Both the position numbers and the translations under genes were made by a program. The notes below the pieces were generated by a model that was not told the origin of the DNA, made no database searches, and was given only the letters and a program-made list of their open reading frames with translations. A stretch of DNA of 64,000 nucleotides. It comes from the human T2T-CHM13v2.0 reference genome, Homo sapiens. Shown one piece after another: positions 45,535 through 60,607 of this stretch (the stretch's first letter is position 1; each line of letters begins with the position of its first letter). The stretch lies in assembly GCF_009914755.1 (NCBI RefSeq), contig NC_060925.1; one strand, 5' to 3'.

Positions 45535-47204
45535 ATCCTGAGAGTGGCTGAATTACGATGCGAGTTAAATTCCCAGCCCCATGATGCCTCTTATGATAAA
45601 GTTAGGACATGGATTGAAAAAGAAGTATGGCCCTAAAATTTGGGATGGAGACATATGAGAAGATTCTGATGAAGCTGGAAACCTTGAACTCCAAATTTGA
45701 TATGTTTTCCTTGCCAACAGCTTTCCCTCTTCTCTGAATTTAGTCTTCCTTGCCTAAATAACCTGTAATGGCCTCTCTTGAGGTCTGTTGCAAAAGACAG
45801 ATGATCCTCTCTGGAACTGTCCCCATTACCCCTTATTGCTCCTAGACCTACAGCCAGACTCATGTCTGTGGAATCCAATAACAAAAAAGAAACAAAGCAT
45901 ATATTTTATATATCTTTTTCATTTTACTTTTCTAGTTATTTGTATTATATTCTATGAAAGTAACCATCTATAATAGACTACAACTTAAAAAAAAAACAGA
46001 TTGGAACTTAAAAAAAATTACCAAAGGTAATTTGAAAAACATTGCATGGCACAACACCACGAACTAAAGATTATAAGCCAGTATTTCACAGAGAGGGAAG
46101 CTGAAGCTCAGAGATTAGATAACTAGCTGCAGAGTCATCACTAGTAGGAGATGCAGAGTTAAGATTTGGACCCAAGTCCATCTGACTACAAAACCTAACA
46201 CTTGCCAATACTCTGAATAAGGAAACTCCTCTTAATCTGTTCAGAAACATCTGCTTACTTCCAACCGTTACCACTGAAGTATGAAGGTGACCATACTGCT
46301 CAGCTTGGTGCTTCGTCAAAGTGCCTTCAAGTCCTCAGGTCTCCCAATACACTGGGACATCAGCTCTGAAGATTAGTGTGGTTGCAGATATTACTTATCC
46401 TTCAGAACCAACTGTTGGAGTTCAGCTGTGCATACTCTAGGGGTTTGGTCTAACATTTTGTTAACAGTTTCTGAATTCCTCTGATGAATCTGAAGGAATG
46501 AGATGTGATGTCAAAAAAAGTTTTTAGCACTCCACCTTCTCTATGCAGGAGGTTGAGGTTTTACAGTCATGATTAAGTCAACTGAAATCACAGAGAAAGA
46601 CTGACAATCAGTTGGTTATTTATCTGGAAGGTCTCAAGACCTGAGTCACTGTAGCCCTCACAAACAATCACCTGCAGTGGCTCCCCTTATCCAGGGTAAT
46701 CCCAGATTTCCCCATAACTGGACCCCAGCTTACCTTTTCAGTATTTATGTCATAATAATTCTGTTGTATGTACCCTGTTTTCCATGTAATGATACCACAC
46801 ATTTTCCATAATCCAGGTTTTCTTCTATTTTTACATGTTAGAATGTTCTCCTTTCCAATTCCACATACTCATTTCTCGCCATCTTCAAAGCCCTATTTAA
46901 TGCCACATCTTCCATAGAGTCTTCCCTAATCTTTTAAACAAAAGGTCTCTCTTCCATCTCTTAAGTCAGTCTATCTCCGTACCTCTCATTTGGCACTTCT
47001 TACCTTCTGCTTTGTATTATGGTTGCTTGGCACATGCATTTTCTTGTCTACTAGACAGCAAGAGCCTTGAATCCAGTTCATCCATTATCCTGCACTGCTC
47101 TTAGCATGGAGCATTCTAACTAATATTTACCCCACACACTAAGTGCAAGGATGACTGACTAATCAATGGATTAAGATAAAAAGAAACCCAAACTTTATCA
47201 TGAT

Positions 47205-47560
47205 TGATATGGTTTGGCTCTGTGTTCCCACCCATATCTCACCTTGAATTTTAGTAATTCCTACATGTCAAGGGCAGGACCAGGTGGAAATAATTGAATC
47301 ATGGGTGTGGTTCCCCCATGCTGTTCTCACGATAGAGAATTCGTTCTCACAAGATCTCATGGTTTTGTAAGGGGCTTCCCCCTTTGCTCGGCTTTCATTC
47401 TGTCTCTTGCCACCCTGTGAAGAGGTGCCTTCCACCATGATTGTAAGTCTCTTGAGGCCTACCCAACAATGCGGAACTGAGAGTTTATTAAACTTCTTTC
47501 CTTTATAAATTACCCAATCTCAGGTATTTCTTCATAGCAGCTTGAGAACGGACTAATACA
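47205..47560 (+). mobile_element. THE1 (C/D-like) MaLR solo LTR
   Basis: tgatatggtttggct...gactaataca, 356 bp, perfect 5-bp TSD atgat. Confidence 0.93.
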
Positions 47561-48289
47561 ATGATCAAAGCAATCCATAGGTTCAATCATTCATCCATTT
47601 ATTTATTCAAAAAGTATAGACTGAATGTCTACTATGTGCTGGGCTCACTGATAAACATGAGAAATCCAAACATTTAAAGATATTTATAGCCCAGTGAGAA
47701 TTCATATGTAAAAATAAACAATTATAAATTATTATAGTAATTACAATAGAGGTCAGTACAAAGTACAATGGAAAGATAGGGAACAGAGTCCTAAGTCCAC
47801 CTGAGAGAAGCAGAAAAGAGTCCACATTTCAGAGAGTAAGGAGGACAAAAGGACGTAAGACACACCCTTTCCTTTAAGAAAATTTCTCAGAAATTCCCAC
47901 ACAATATTGTTATTTATATTTCATGAGCAAGAACTTAATAGATAGAAGAAAAGCAGAGAAAGATAGTTTTTTGGTTGAACTCCATGCTCTGTTCTATGAA
48001 GAAGAAAAGACAACTAGGAATCTGCTACAAGGTGCTGCAAGAACTGGAAATGGGTACCAGAAAGAGGGGGAAGGGGTTCCTTCTTCCCAAACTGTGAAAG
48101 AATGGGGGAGATGTTTGATGACAGAGGAAACACTGGGTCTATCTGTTTTGTTTTTAATATAAGAAAGAGCCAAAGGCTATAGGGTGATTAAAGATAAAGG
48201 AAAGAGAGAGTAGAGCAATATTCTAAAAGACATGAAAAGATTTTACTCTAAAGCATAGAAAGGGGGATAATAGATGAACAAGAGGAGTT

Positions 48290-48664
48290 GACTTAGTCTT
48301 CTAGGGCTGCCATAACAAAATACCACAGACTGGGTGGCTTAGACAACAACATTTATTTACTCACAGTTCTGGAGGCTGGAAGTCCTAGATCAAGGTGTTG
48401 GCAGGTTTGGTTTTTCCTGAGATCTTGCTCCTTGGCTTACAATGGCCGCCTTCTCACTGTCTTCCTATGGCCTCTCTGTGCCCCCACATCTCTGATGTCT
48501 CTTCCTCTTCTACAGGGACACCAGTCTTACTCACATAGGACCACACCCTTATGACTGCATTTAACCTTTATTACCTCCTTAAAGGCCCTATCCCCAAATA
48601 ACCTCACTTTGGAAGTAGGGCTTCGACAGATGAATTTTGGGAGGACACAATTCAGTCCATCACA
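48290..48664 (-). mobile_element. MLT1A/B-like MaLR LTR
   Basis: agggctgccataacaaaataccacagactgggtggctta...gacacaattcagtccatcaca. Confidence 0.85.
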
Positions 48665-49964
48665 GGAGTAAATGGCAGAAAGAACATAAGTATAGGTGAA
48701 GTGGAGGTTGGTTGTCAAGATTGTGTGCAAAATAAAGCCATATGCTGAGGGTTTGAGAGTTTAGGATGGGGTAAATTTTTGTGATAGCTCCTATGGAAAA
48801 TAGAAGATGGAGCGAATTAGAAACATCTAAAGGATGACTTAGCAGAGACAGAGGTCCAGCTGACATTGAAAAATCAAACATTTCTGGCTCCAATGCATTC
48901 ATGTGACTCTCAGTATTCAATCAGTACCCAATGGCCTGCATGAAAACACACAAGAAAACAAAAACATAGATAAGTTGATGCAGAACTAAAGATTTGCAGG
49001 ATTTGAGAGAGGAGAGACACTGCCAAACTCAAGTAAGGATGTATGGAATGACAATTGTGCTACAAATAAATATATCTGTCACTATGAAGACAAGAAGTTA
49101 AGGGAGTTCATATTAGTTCACACTAGATGGTCTCTATCTTTTCTGTGAAATAGAGGTCAAAACAAAGGTAGCAATTTGAAATTGGGGGTTTGAGAAGAAG
49201 AATTAAGTTGTGAAACCACAGGTAAGAAGAGTCAGAAAAAGACTTCACAAGGCATCTGTACTAAAATCGGCAAATGTTGCTAAGAGAATAATAAAGATCA
49301 GATAACTTGAATATTTACTGACAATGGCATGTATAAGTGTATACAGAGTGGAGAATGTACGTGGTTCAGTTTGTCCATAATCCAAACTTCTGAGTAGGTA
49401 AAGTGCAGGGAAGTTGGGACGATGGAGTTGATGATGCTACTGAGAGTCATGTCTGAAAAAATGGATGGTGGATTCTAGGCCAGCAACAACTAAAACCAAG
49501 AAATGAATAACAGACCGAAAAAGCAAACATTAAAGGCCTGAAGACACATTCATTTACCCATTGTAAAACTCTTTTCTTTTTAACAGATTTAATTGGGTGT
49601 ATAATTTTAAAACCATGTATTTTTCATCTTAAGTATAAAATGCAATGTTTGTAAAATTCACAGAGTTGTACAACTATCACCACAATCTAATTTTAGAGTG
49701 TTTCCATGACTCCAAAAAGATCCATCATGTTCATTTGCAGTCATTCCCTGATTTTATCTCTAATCCTAGACAACCACAAGTCTATTTTCCATCTCTATAT
49801 AGACTTTCCTTTTCTGGACTTTTCATATAAATGCAATCATAAAATATATGGTCTTTTATGTCTGGCTATTTCCATTTAGCAGAACATTCTTGACGTTTAT
49901 CCATGTTATATTTTTTTCTTTATTGCTGAATTGTGTTCCATTGTGTGGCTACATCATTTTTAAA

Positions 49965-50102
49965 AATTTTTATTTTAATATTTTGTAGAACTAGGGTCTC
50001 ACTGTGTTGCCAGGCTGGTCTTGGACTCCTGGCCTCAACTGGTCCTCCCACCTTGGCCTCCCAAGTGCTGGCATTACAGGCGTGAGCCACTGCATCCAGC
50101 CA
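49965..50102 (-). mobile_element. Alu left monomer/FLAM
   Basis: gggtctcactgtgttgccaggctggtc...attacaggcgtgagccac. Confidence 0.85.
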
Positions 50103-50811
50103 TATAAGACTCTTATTTATCCATCCTCAGCTGATCAACATTCGAGGGTTTTTTCCATTTTGAGCTATTATAGATAATCCTGCTACAAAAAAATTTATGT
50201 GTAAGCTTTTGTGTGGACATGTTTTATTCCCTCTTGCATAGATACTTGGCAGTAAAATTGCTGGGTCCCTTGGTAAATCTATGTTTAAATTTGTAGGAAT
50301 TTCCCGATCTGTTTTTCAAAGTGGCTATACTATTTACATTCTCATCAATAATATTGTCTCTCTTTTTTTATTATAGCTATTCTAGTAGGTATAGAGTAGT
50401 ATCTCATTTTAATTTGCATTTCTCTAATGACTAATAATGTTGAGTATCTTTTTATGTGCTATTGGCCATTGGGATATCTTCTCTGGGGAGATGTCTATTC
50501 ATATAATTTGCCCATTTCAAGCTGTGTTGTCTCTCTTCTTTTTGTTGTTTTGTAAGAATTATTTATATATTCTAGATCCAGGTTCTTTATCAGATAACTG
50601 ATTTGTCAATATGCTTTTCCAGCTGTGGCTTATCTTTTCATTTTCTTAATTGTGTCTTTTGAAGTACAGAGGTTTTCATTTTTAAGTCCATTTTATCAAT
50701 GTTTTCTTTAATGGATTGTGCATTTGGTGTTCTAGCTAAGAAATCTTTGTCTTAACACAAGGTCACAAAGATTTTCTCTTATGTTTTCTTATTAAAGTTA
50801 TAGCATTTTAA

Positions 50812-51300
<489 letters not shown>

Positions 51301-51694
51301 TGATACATTTCTATTTAACTTTTGTGTACAATGTAGGGGAAAGAGCTAAATTCATCATATTGACCATGTACATCCAATTGCCCCAGCATTATTTTGGAAA
51401 AGTCTATTTTTTTCCCATTGAATTGCCTTGGCACTTTTGTTAAAAATCAATTGACTATAAATTGATTACTGTAACTTTAGAATAAGTTTTGTAATTAGAA
51501 AAGGTAGTCCTCTAACTTTGTTTTTTCTTTTTCAAAAATATTTTGGCTACACTGGGTCCCTTGCATCTCCATAAAAATTTTAGGGTTTTATCAATTTCTG
51601 CAAAAGGGCTTGTGGTAATTTGATAGAAATTTCATCCAATCTGTAGATCAATTTGGGAAAATAAATACTATTTTTGAATCATACAAAAATGGAT

Positions 51695-52030
51695 GACTGG
51701 CCATGGTGGCTCAGCATTTTAGGAGACTAAGGCAAGAGGATCCCTTGAGCCCAGGAGTTCAAGACCAGAGTGGGCAACACAGTGAAATGACACCCTGTCT
51801 TTACACACACACAAAATTGTTTTTTAATTAGCTGAGCATGGTGGTGTGCACCTGTGGTCCCAACTACTCACGAGGCTGAGTGGGGAGGATCACTTGAGCG
51901 CAAGAGTTTGAGGCTATCATGAACCATGATATGCCATTTCACTCCAGCCTGGGCAATGGAGCAAGACCCTTTCCTGAAGAACAAAAAAGAACAAGAATAA
52001 GAACAAAAAAGAACAAGAACAAAAACAAAG
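51695..52030 (+). mobile_element. AluJ-like with (AAGAAC)-type tail
   Basis: ggatcccttgagcccaggagttcaagacc J-type diagnostics. Confidence 0.85.
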
Positions 52031-55000
52031 AATGGAGGAGGAAAATGGTTGCAAGCAAAGGTTCCGAAGTCAGGTGATCTGAATTCACAAGTAGCTACAC
52101 TTTCTAACAACATAATCTTAGGCAAATTAATCTCTGTAAACCTGTCTAAACCTCAGTTTCCTTCTTTTTAAAATAGGCATATTAATATAATAATATCAGC
52201 TTTTACTTCAGAATCAAAAGATTTATTTTCTACTCAGTCCTTAGGACAGTGCTGTTATTATTATATTATCATTTTTTTATTCTGTGCCAGGAACTATGTA
52301 GGCTTTAGAGACAAAAAAGAGTTACAAGTTGAAGAATTCTCTATGAAACAGTAGGATTGCCCTGGGTCCCATGTTTTTGTTGTTCTAGGCAAGTGAGGGA
52401 TAAGCAAGTAGCCTTGGTGTTGATGGGGACAGGGAAGATGATTCTAATAGAAAGACATGTGGACAGGAGGAAGGACTGACTCTACCAGCTACCTTTAAAA
52501 AAGCAAACAAAACATGGCTTTCTATTCATTCAACCAACACACAAATTCCCTACTTAGTATTTGTAAGTAAAAGATGAAAGAGGTGGCTTATTCTCTCATA
52601 TTCCTCTCCTGTTGAGGTTTTTCTCTTTAAAACTGGTGTTCATTTTCACTTAATTTCACAGAGTAATAAAGTATCCAAAGATAGATGGGAGGAAGGTGGT
52701 ATTTGACTCATGTTCCAAGGAGAAGCCCTGTGTTTTAGCCACTCTAAGAATGTTCCTGATGGTAATAATACACTTTGATCCAGTGGAATGATTGCTTTCT
52801 CTCCAGACATTCTGCAGGGGACAATGGGACACACAGAAAGTCTTTAGTTCCTACATGATTTTCTGTTGGTAGGGGGCTGTTCTTGTGTACTGAGTCCCTT
52901 TGTTCTTGTTCTATTGGTTTGCAGGCTCCCAGAATGTCTGATTTTCAAGCTTCTAATCTACCATGTCCTGCTATTTCCAGTTGCCTCTGCCTCTGAGTCA
53001 GACAGCAGGAAGGAGACAAGCTCATCACACTCTGGCCTGGGCTCCCAAACAAAATGGTTCCATGTGCGGAGGCAGTGCCTGACATGTCCCTTTGGCCACC
53101 AGTGGTTCCAACTCTGTAGGAACACTGAAAGAATGTATCAACAGACTTTCCCAGGTATCTAAAACACATTTTCAAAATGTCAAGTGACCCCTGATGACCA
53201 GCCTGCTGATTAACTGCAGCCTTCCAGGGGTCTTTGGACAGGACACACTGAGGCCAAATTTTCAGAGTGTAATCGCCTCTCCTGAGTCAGAAATCTCACT
53301 GCCAAGTTGGAGCAGGCCGTACAACATGTAACTGGTCAAAGCGATTGCCGTTTCCCAATCACCATGCTCTGCCAAGACTCTGTTTCAGATTTTCTACTCA
53401 GGGGAACAGCCTGGGAATTTGGAAGTCCTTCACAGTGGTTTCTGGATGAGTTCCTCCCTCCCCACGTCTACCATCTCAGCCCTCACGTTGGCCTTCACCA
53501 CCTTTGCTGCATCAGCTGGCTTCCACCTTTGTCAATTCTCCCTCCTTTTGTGCCAGCCTATGCTCAGCAACATAATCATCTATTAGGATTTGTCTATCTT
53601 TCTTGGGACCTTTAGTGATACTTGCTAGTGATGTACAGAAGATATTAAGCCAGTAACCAAGATCCTCAGCCAACTATCTGCCACCCAATCACAATCAGTT
53701 TACATGGAGAAATATACAAAGTTTAGACAAATACATGCTTTTTATTGCTAGCTCAGTGTTTTGCCCCAATTAATAATACAAGTTTTTCTTGAACTGGCAT
53801 GCCTTCTGCTTATACTGTGGGTAGAACCAGGGTCCTTACCAAAATCAGACTAAGGGATATTTAGGCTCCTTTTTCCTGGCCCTTTGCAGGGAAATGTGCC
53901 TCTCACAGTTTCACTGGACTATAGGATTCAGGAGCAATTGTGAGTCTCAGGGGAGAAAGCTTAAAGAAAGAACACACCAGATAGAAACACCAACTGTTAA
54001 TCTTTAGTTCATCCCATTAAATGTACCACCGCTTAGCACCAAGACCCATTAAATCCTTATACTTGACCAACCATATGAGAAATCCCCTTTCTTCAAGGGT
54101 AAATTGGGGGTCAGAAGAGGTAAAGCCCCTTAGAAATTCTCAAATATGAGAGATCCAAGTAGAAGAGTAAATAAGATTTACAGAAGAGTTGATGGTCAAG
54201 GAAACCAATTGGTAATCAAATTAGAATAGGCACATGAACACATAACCAAAGCTTATAGCTTACAAGATGACTTAGCATCAGAATTAAAGAAACCATTTGG
54301 AGTCAGTGTATTCACAAAGTATAAAGGTGAGTACAAAACCAGACAACCAGAGAAAATGAAGAAACCACATTCCAGAAGTTCAGAAAAATGCCCAAGGTCC
54401 AAAATCTAGGGAAATAGCTAATATCTAGGGTTGATATGAAAAATCATCAGTATGGGCTTTGAGAGTGTCTACTGATTCTCTATTTGCTCAGTAATCCACC
54501 TCTCCTTCTAAAGATCTACATACATATTACCTCCAGGCTAGTTTATATCCCAATCCATTGTTTCTTAGCACCCTTCAACCATTCTTAGCTATCTTTCTCA
54601 TCTCCCACAGCTGGAATTCCCACTCTACTTCCTTCTAACAAATGGAGTGTCTTTCTCCTTTCAAGCTTTACTCAAAACTTATTCTTCTAGGAACATGTAC
54701 CAGTACAAAACCAGGCAGTGAGAAAGGTATTGGTAAAGCCCTTGGCCCAAGGATGGCAGTGAATGGCCCTTTTCTCCCTCTGGTCCTTCTTTTGTTTCTT
54801 TGTTCTAAGTCATCTCTACAGCCCAGGCCAGGTGGCTTCACACTGTCCTACAACATGCCAGGCATCCATGGAAAGGTCACTTCTGACATGAAAGCTTATG
54901 TTTTTTGGAAAGTTTTCAGTCTCTGTCTACAAGTGAGTTGAGCTCCGACCTTGGCATGGAGAGTGTTCTGCCCTGTACTATCTAGATAAATAATTTTCCT

Positions 55001-55470
55001 TGGAACCTTGAGATAACCAAAGGTGCCCATGAATTATTTTAGGGAGTGAGGCTAAGTGGATGGGCCTTGGGCCCCACTACCCACTTCAATGGGAACAATT
55101 TAAAACTTGTTTTCTGTGTTGAGGATATGTATATAATGTCAGTTAAAAATAATGTTGGACATCCCTTTAAAAAGATTGAGAACTACTTTCTTCAATCAGA
55201 CATTTATATTTTTACATGTTAATAGAAAAGGCCCATGCAAATACTGGAAATGTGTGTACTGTTGAATTCTCATTCAACGTGAATATATTCTTCAACGCCA
55301 AAAGCCTGATAGAAGAAGCCTTTAAAATATACATGCTGCTTATAAAAATATATTTTAATATTTAGCTGAGGTATCATCTCTTCTTGCCTCTCTTGAATCC
55401 TATCCCCAGTCCCAATTAGATCAGGTTCCTCTTCTCCATATTCACACAGGACTATATACTTATCAGCAGT

Positions 55471-55837
55471 TATATTAGTCTGCTAGGGCTGCCATACAGA
55501 CTGGGTGCCTTAAACAACAGAAATTGACTTTCTCACAGTTCTGGAGGCTGAAAGTCCAAGATCATTATGCAAAGCAGGTTTACTTTCTCCTGAGGCCTCT
55601 CTCTTTGGCTTGCAAAGGGTTTTTGTACACACATGTCCCTGAGGTCTCTGTGTGTGTCCAAAATCTTCCATCTTATAAGGACACCAGTCAGACTGAATTA
55701 AGGCTTGCCCTAATGACCTTGTTTTTAACTTAATCACTTCTTTAAAGGCCCTATCTCCAAATACAGTTCCATTCTGATATATTGGCATTAGGGGTTCAAT
55801 ATATGAGTTATTTAGGGACACAATTCAGTCCACAACA
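55471..55837 (-). mobile_element. MLT1A-like MaLR LTR
   Basis: tattagtctgctagggctgcc...ctcacagttctggaggctg...gacacaattcagtccacaaca. Confidence 0.85.
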
Positions 55838-57064
55838 ACAGTGTATGGTAACTGTTGACATGTTTCCTCCAAGTCCATACCAATGCATTTGTTAGTAATA
55901 TATCTTCTGTGCTTACAGGAGTGGCACAGTGCCTGGCATATAGTAGGCCTGAACAAATGTTTGATAATCTAGGAGTGAATATGCATATGTCTAATACAGT
56001 GGGGGTCACTGAGGAGAGTTTTATTGATGTGCCTGGCTTTACATAGGAAAAAAAAAAACCTTCTATGTTGAGTATTAAAGACACTTGAAAGTTGCTCAGA
56101 AGCTCTTCATGTTGGAATCTGTGAATCCACATCAAAGATCTCTAAAGTTGTCACTCATGAAATTTAAAATGCTGATTGACTGCCATGCTACAATTATGTT
56201 CATTTAACACTTTCATGCTCATGGACGTGTGGACTGCAGTATTAGAACTGGTTAAAGAGTTAACAATTAAAAGGAACAGGCAGGAGCTTGGGAGGACAGA
56301 GTAAGACTAAAATAAAAAATTAATGAGGAAAGGAAGAGTGGCTGATTTAGTAATGGATCAGCTGTTTTGTTGCCTAGGAGATAAAGTGAGAGTGAAGAAA
56401 TTGGACCTGTACATAGAAACATCAGGATGGCAAACAAAAAGTTCAGTCAATTTTCCTTCACTCCCTGGTGTCTGAAGAGCATTTGGAAGAGTGGCTGAAG
56501 GCTTCATCTTTCTCCTGTGGTCATGGTTAGGCCTCTCAGACCCTTGACTCCCAGTAAGTCCAGGGCCTGAAAAAACAGTGATTTACTAGCACCAGATGAC
56601 CATAGCTGCTAACAGATCAAGATTTTGTTGTATCCTGTGGTATTTCCAACATATGGACAATGGTATTAGGAGCATCAGTAAAAGATATGTAATGAGACAT
56701 GTGCTTGTCTGGGTGTTTTGCACATCTGAATATTTATCACTGCATGTGTGGCCATGCTGGACACAGATCTACAACAGAAGTAGAATTCTACCAGAACGAA
56801 CTCCGCAAGGCATCCTATCCTTTTTGTATAGAGAAACTGAGGAGGGTGGGGGGAGAGGCGGGGGGAAGAAGGTAACATGTGCCAAAGAAATGAAACAGCT
56901 TCCCAGATTCACAGCAGTAAATTAGCATGTAAAAAGAAGTGCCATGGGCCCAGTAAGGAAAGAACAGGATGGGATGTTTCACAGGCATGGTTTTCATCTT
57001 CTCCTCCTTTGAAAGCTAAACTTTTTATGTGGTATCTTTGAGGGTTCGTGGTTTGGAAATTTAA

Positions 57065-57563
57065 GCCTTTTTGCATTTACCCTGAGAATACGGGTGGTGC
57101 TTGCGGCTGCAGCATTTACCCTGAGATAACTTTGCCACGAAATATCTCACTTTTACTATTATTTTTGCATCACTCTAGTATATCAACTTTGGAAGCAAAA
57201 GACATCATTCTATTCATAGCATTCCATTTCTAGTAGTGGTATTCCCATTTACAAAATATAGTAATTCTCAATTGCTGAAAATGTCTGATCCTAGAAAATG
57301 TAACATTCCTATGCATATTAACGTGGTTCTTGAACAGTTGTTGGCCAAAGATTTTGTAGGAATCCGATTTTTCCAAAATAGACAAGTCTGATGATCCAAA
57401 TGATTCTGATGTTAGTTCTGTTTAGAAATAACTCCAAGAACAGTTTTTATATTTTATTTTCACATTGAAAATCAGTCAGATTTCCTTCAGCCTCAAAGAG
57501 CATGTTTATGTAAAATTAAATGAGTGCTGGCAGCAAGCTGCATTTTTTTTTTTCTAAACAGGA
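57065..57563 (+). mobile_element. MER75 non-autonomous piggyBac element
   Basis: gcttgcggctgcagc.tttaccc.gagataactttgccacgaaatatctc...ctaaacagga matches the recalled MER75 consensus; TTAA at 57061-57064 and 57564-57567. Confidence 0.88.
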
Positions 57564-60177
57564 TTAAGGGGCATTGTCTAAGTGACTGGAATACTCAATA
57601 TAGGAGAGGGTAAAAAAGATGAAGTATAATTACTCTGTGGTGGCAGTATTACATACCTACAAACAGGACCGCTCTAGCTCACCTCAGCATAGCCTTCTTT
57701 CCCACACTACGATACTGTGTGATAAGTAATATAATACGGAAAAGAACCAGCAAGTAGGGCATGTTCAGGGGCACTACTCCGGGACTAAAAGGCCCTGGGG
57801 AATGTGGCAGCCAAGCGAAAACCTGAATCATAATAATATTAGCTAACTCTTATTGAGCCAGACACAATTCTACACGACTTACATATATTACCCAAATTAG
57901 TTACCGCATGCTTGAAAACCCCTTGATGTAGATACTGTAATTTATCCCCAATAAATAAATAGAGGCATAAAAAGTGAGGTAATCTGCACAAACATAATAT
58001 GGATAGTAAATGGCAGAGCCTGGATGTAGAACCAGGTTAGCCGGGGCTCTTAACCTCTGTGCCCCACAGTGCAATGAATGGCTGAGTGTTATCCAGGCGG
58101 CAAGAAAGGGGAAGGGGCAGGAAACACATCAGTGGGGAAAAGTCATTCTCCACAGAGACCATTAGATTCAGAGGTGAGTGAGCAGTTCCATATGGCTAGA
58201 AGCCTGGAGAATAGAGCAGACACAAAAATATGAAGCTTCCCGTAAATTCTTTTAGGAAGTATGACTTTATTCCAGAGTAATGTGAAACAGCATTTGTTTT
58301 GCGAGAAGCTGAAAGGCTGAACTCAGTGACACCCACTCTAGGAAGTTAGTCCTTATCCTAAATTGAGGATTGTTAGAGGAAATTTAGGAATGGATTGTTT
58401 ATGATAGAGTTCATTTGTTTTCTTTAAGGCAATATGAGCAAATGCCCTTCTCTTAGATGGTGGGGTCTGATGAGTTTCAGCCTTAGCAAGGGGTTCAGGA
58501 GACCAGAGGTAGCCTTCCTAGAACCAGAAAATCAGGACTGACTGGCTCAAAATGTAATTCCCTTGGGAAATTGAGGTTGCTTAACCATTGCTTCTCACAC
58601 AAAGCCTGAACCTGGCCATTGAAAGGCCAACATGGTCCATACTACAGCTGAACATGAAGGTTTGTCTTCATACAAATTCTCATTCCTGGTCTGAGATCAA
58701 AGGTACCAACATCGCTCTGGTGGAAGAATTGCAGTAGGAAATAGAGCACTTGGCAGCATTCAGAATGCCATTACACTAGGCAGGCAAAGTTCCCCAAGTA
58801 CTTGTTATTAAGTAAGATTAAAAGCGAGGATACAACTTGCTAAATTGACACTATCAAGATAAATGGTGTTCTATCTTTCTTGCAATTTTTTATTTCACTT
58901 TGAAATAAAGTACAACTCAAATTATCTGATGATTGCACCCTAGGAAAATGTTTCCAAAAAAAAGAAAAGAAAGATAAGTAGCTTTATTCCCAGGTAGCAC
59001 AAAAACTAGCTTTCATTCAAAGCAGATGAGAAAGACAATGAACAAGAAGTAATGGTTCTCTGTATCCATTCAGCTTCCTGCCTGCAGGATACTGTTCCAC
59101 AGACTAAAGGTAAAAACAAAGAGACACTTTAATCTTTCTCACACCCTGGGAGCTTTGATCCCATAAGCTGATTTTTCAGTACTAATTGTTATATCTGGAT
59201 TCTGAACAAATGAAACTGAGCCTTCCCAGCCTCTAGTTCGAAGAGGCACAGGCATCTGTCCTCAGTTGACACACACCCAGCTAAAACATTGCAGCTTGGC
59301 TGGCCTTTTGTCATTGCTCTCTTGACAGCAAAATAACTATCATCTGGCTTGGTTGGATCAAAGAAGGACATGCATTTGAGGCGGGGCTGTTCCTTTACAG
59401 AATAACACTTCGTTATTATTACCTCTTTGGCGACATGATATGGAAATTAAAAATAAGCATCTTTTGATATGCAGCAGAAACAATCACCAGACCTGCAGAC
59501 TGAACTTGACTTTTTGCCTAGCAGTCTCTTTGAAAAGAAACTGCTGCTTCTACAGTTCTTCCATCTTTTAGTGGTTGCTTCAGATGTTGGGTTTAAAGAA
59601 ACCTTGAAGTATGAGTCACAAACAACAAGACAGAGGGACTGTTGATATGTCTACTCCAGTAGGGAAATGAGGATGCACTACAGTTTATTTGCAGGTCCTA
59701 ATGTGCCAAACAGTAGAGCTTGTTTCAGCCTGTCCTAATCTCTGCCCCTAATCAAAGGCCCCCACATGAGAATTGTTGGTTACTCTAGTTTGTCACACAT
59801 GTTATTAGTTTTCAAGCTGGAAAGTGTGGAGATGATTGTACATATGAGGAAGCTGAGGTCCAGAAAGCAGGAGTGATAACTTTAAAGTCTGACCAAGTAC
59901 TTAGGTCCCATCTCAGGCTCTGTGCCACTTAAGAAAGCATGTCCCAATTAATTCATTTTTGGTTACACTTGTCAATTTTAAATTTTACCTTGGGTCACCT
60001 GAGTATGGATGGATAACAGAAATAATCCTACTCATAAAAATAAATGTGGGAAAGAGTTTAGAGGTGGTAGAAGTTATAGAGGCAGACATATGGTATAGAC
60101 TAGAATAAGAAATAGACCACACAATATAGAACAGAATAAGATAATGAAAGGATAAAGAAAAAGAAGAAAGAAGGTGT

Positions 60178-60607
60178 CATTATGGGTTGAATTACATCCC
60201 CCAAAAGACATGTTGAAGTCCTAACTGCTAGTAGCTATGAATATAACCTTATTTGGAAATAGGGTCTTTGCAGACATAATCAAGTTAAAATGAGGTCATG
60301 AGGGTAGGCCCTAATCTAAATCTGACTGATGTCCTTAGAAGACACACAGGGAACGTGCCGAGTGATGACAGAGGCCGGGATTGGAGTGATGCCGCTGCAA
60401 GCCTAAAAACATCAAGGATCGATGGCCACACCAGAAGCTAGGAAAAGGCAGGGAAGGAGTCTCACCAGTAGGTTTCAGAAGGAGCATGTCCCTGCTGACA
60501 CCTTGATTTTGGACTTCAGGACTTCAGAACCGTGGGAGAATAAATTTGTTGTTTTAAGCCATGCAGTTTGTGGTACTTAGTTATGGCAGCACTAGGAAAC
60601 TAATACA
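60178..60607 (+). mobile_element. MLT1B/C-like MaLR LTR
   Basis: tatgggttgaatt...accttatttggaaatagggtctttgcaga...ggaaactaataca. Confidence 0.85.
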
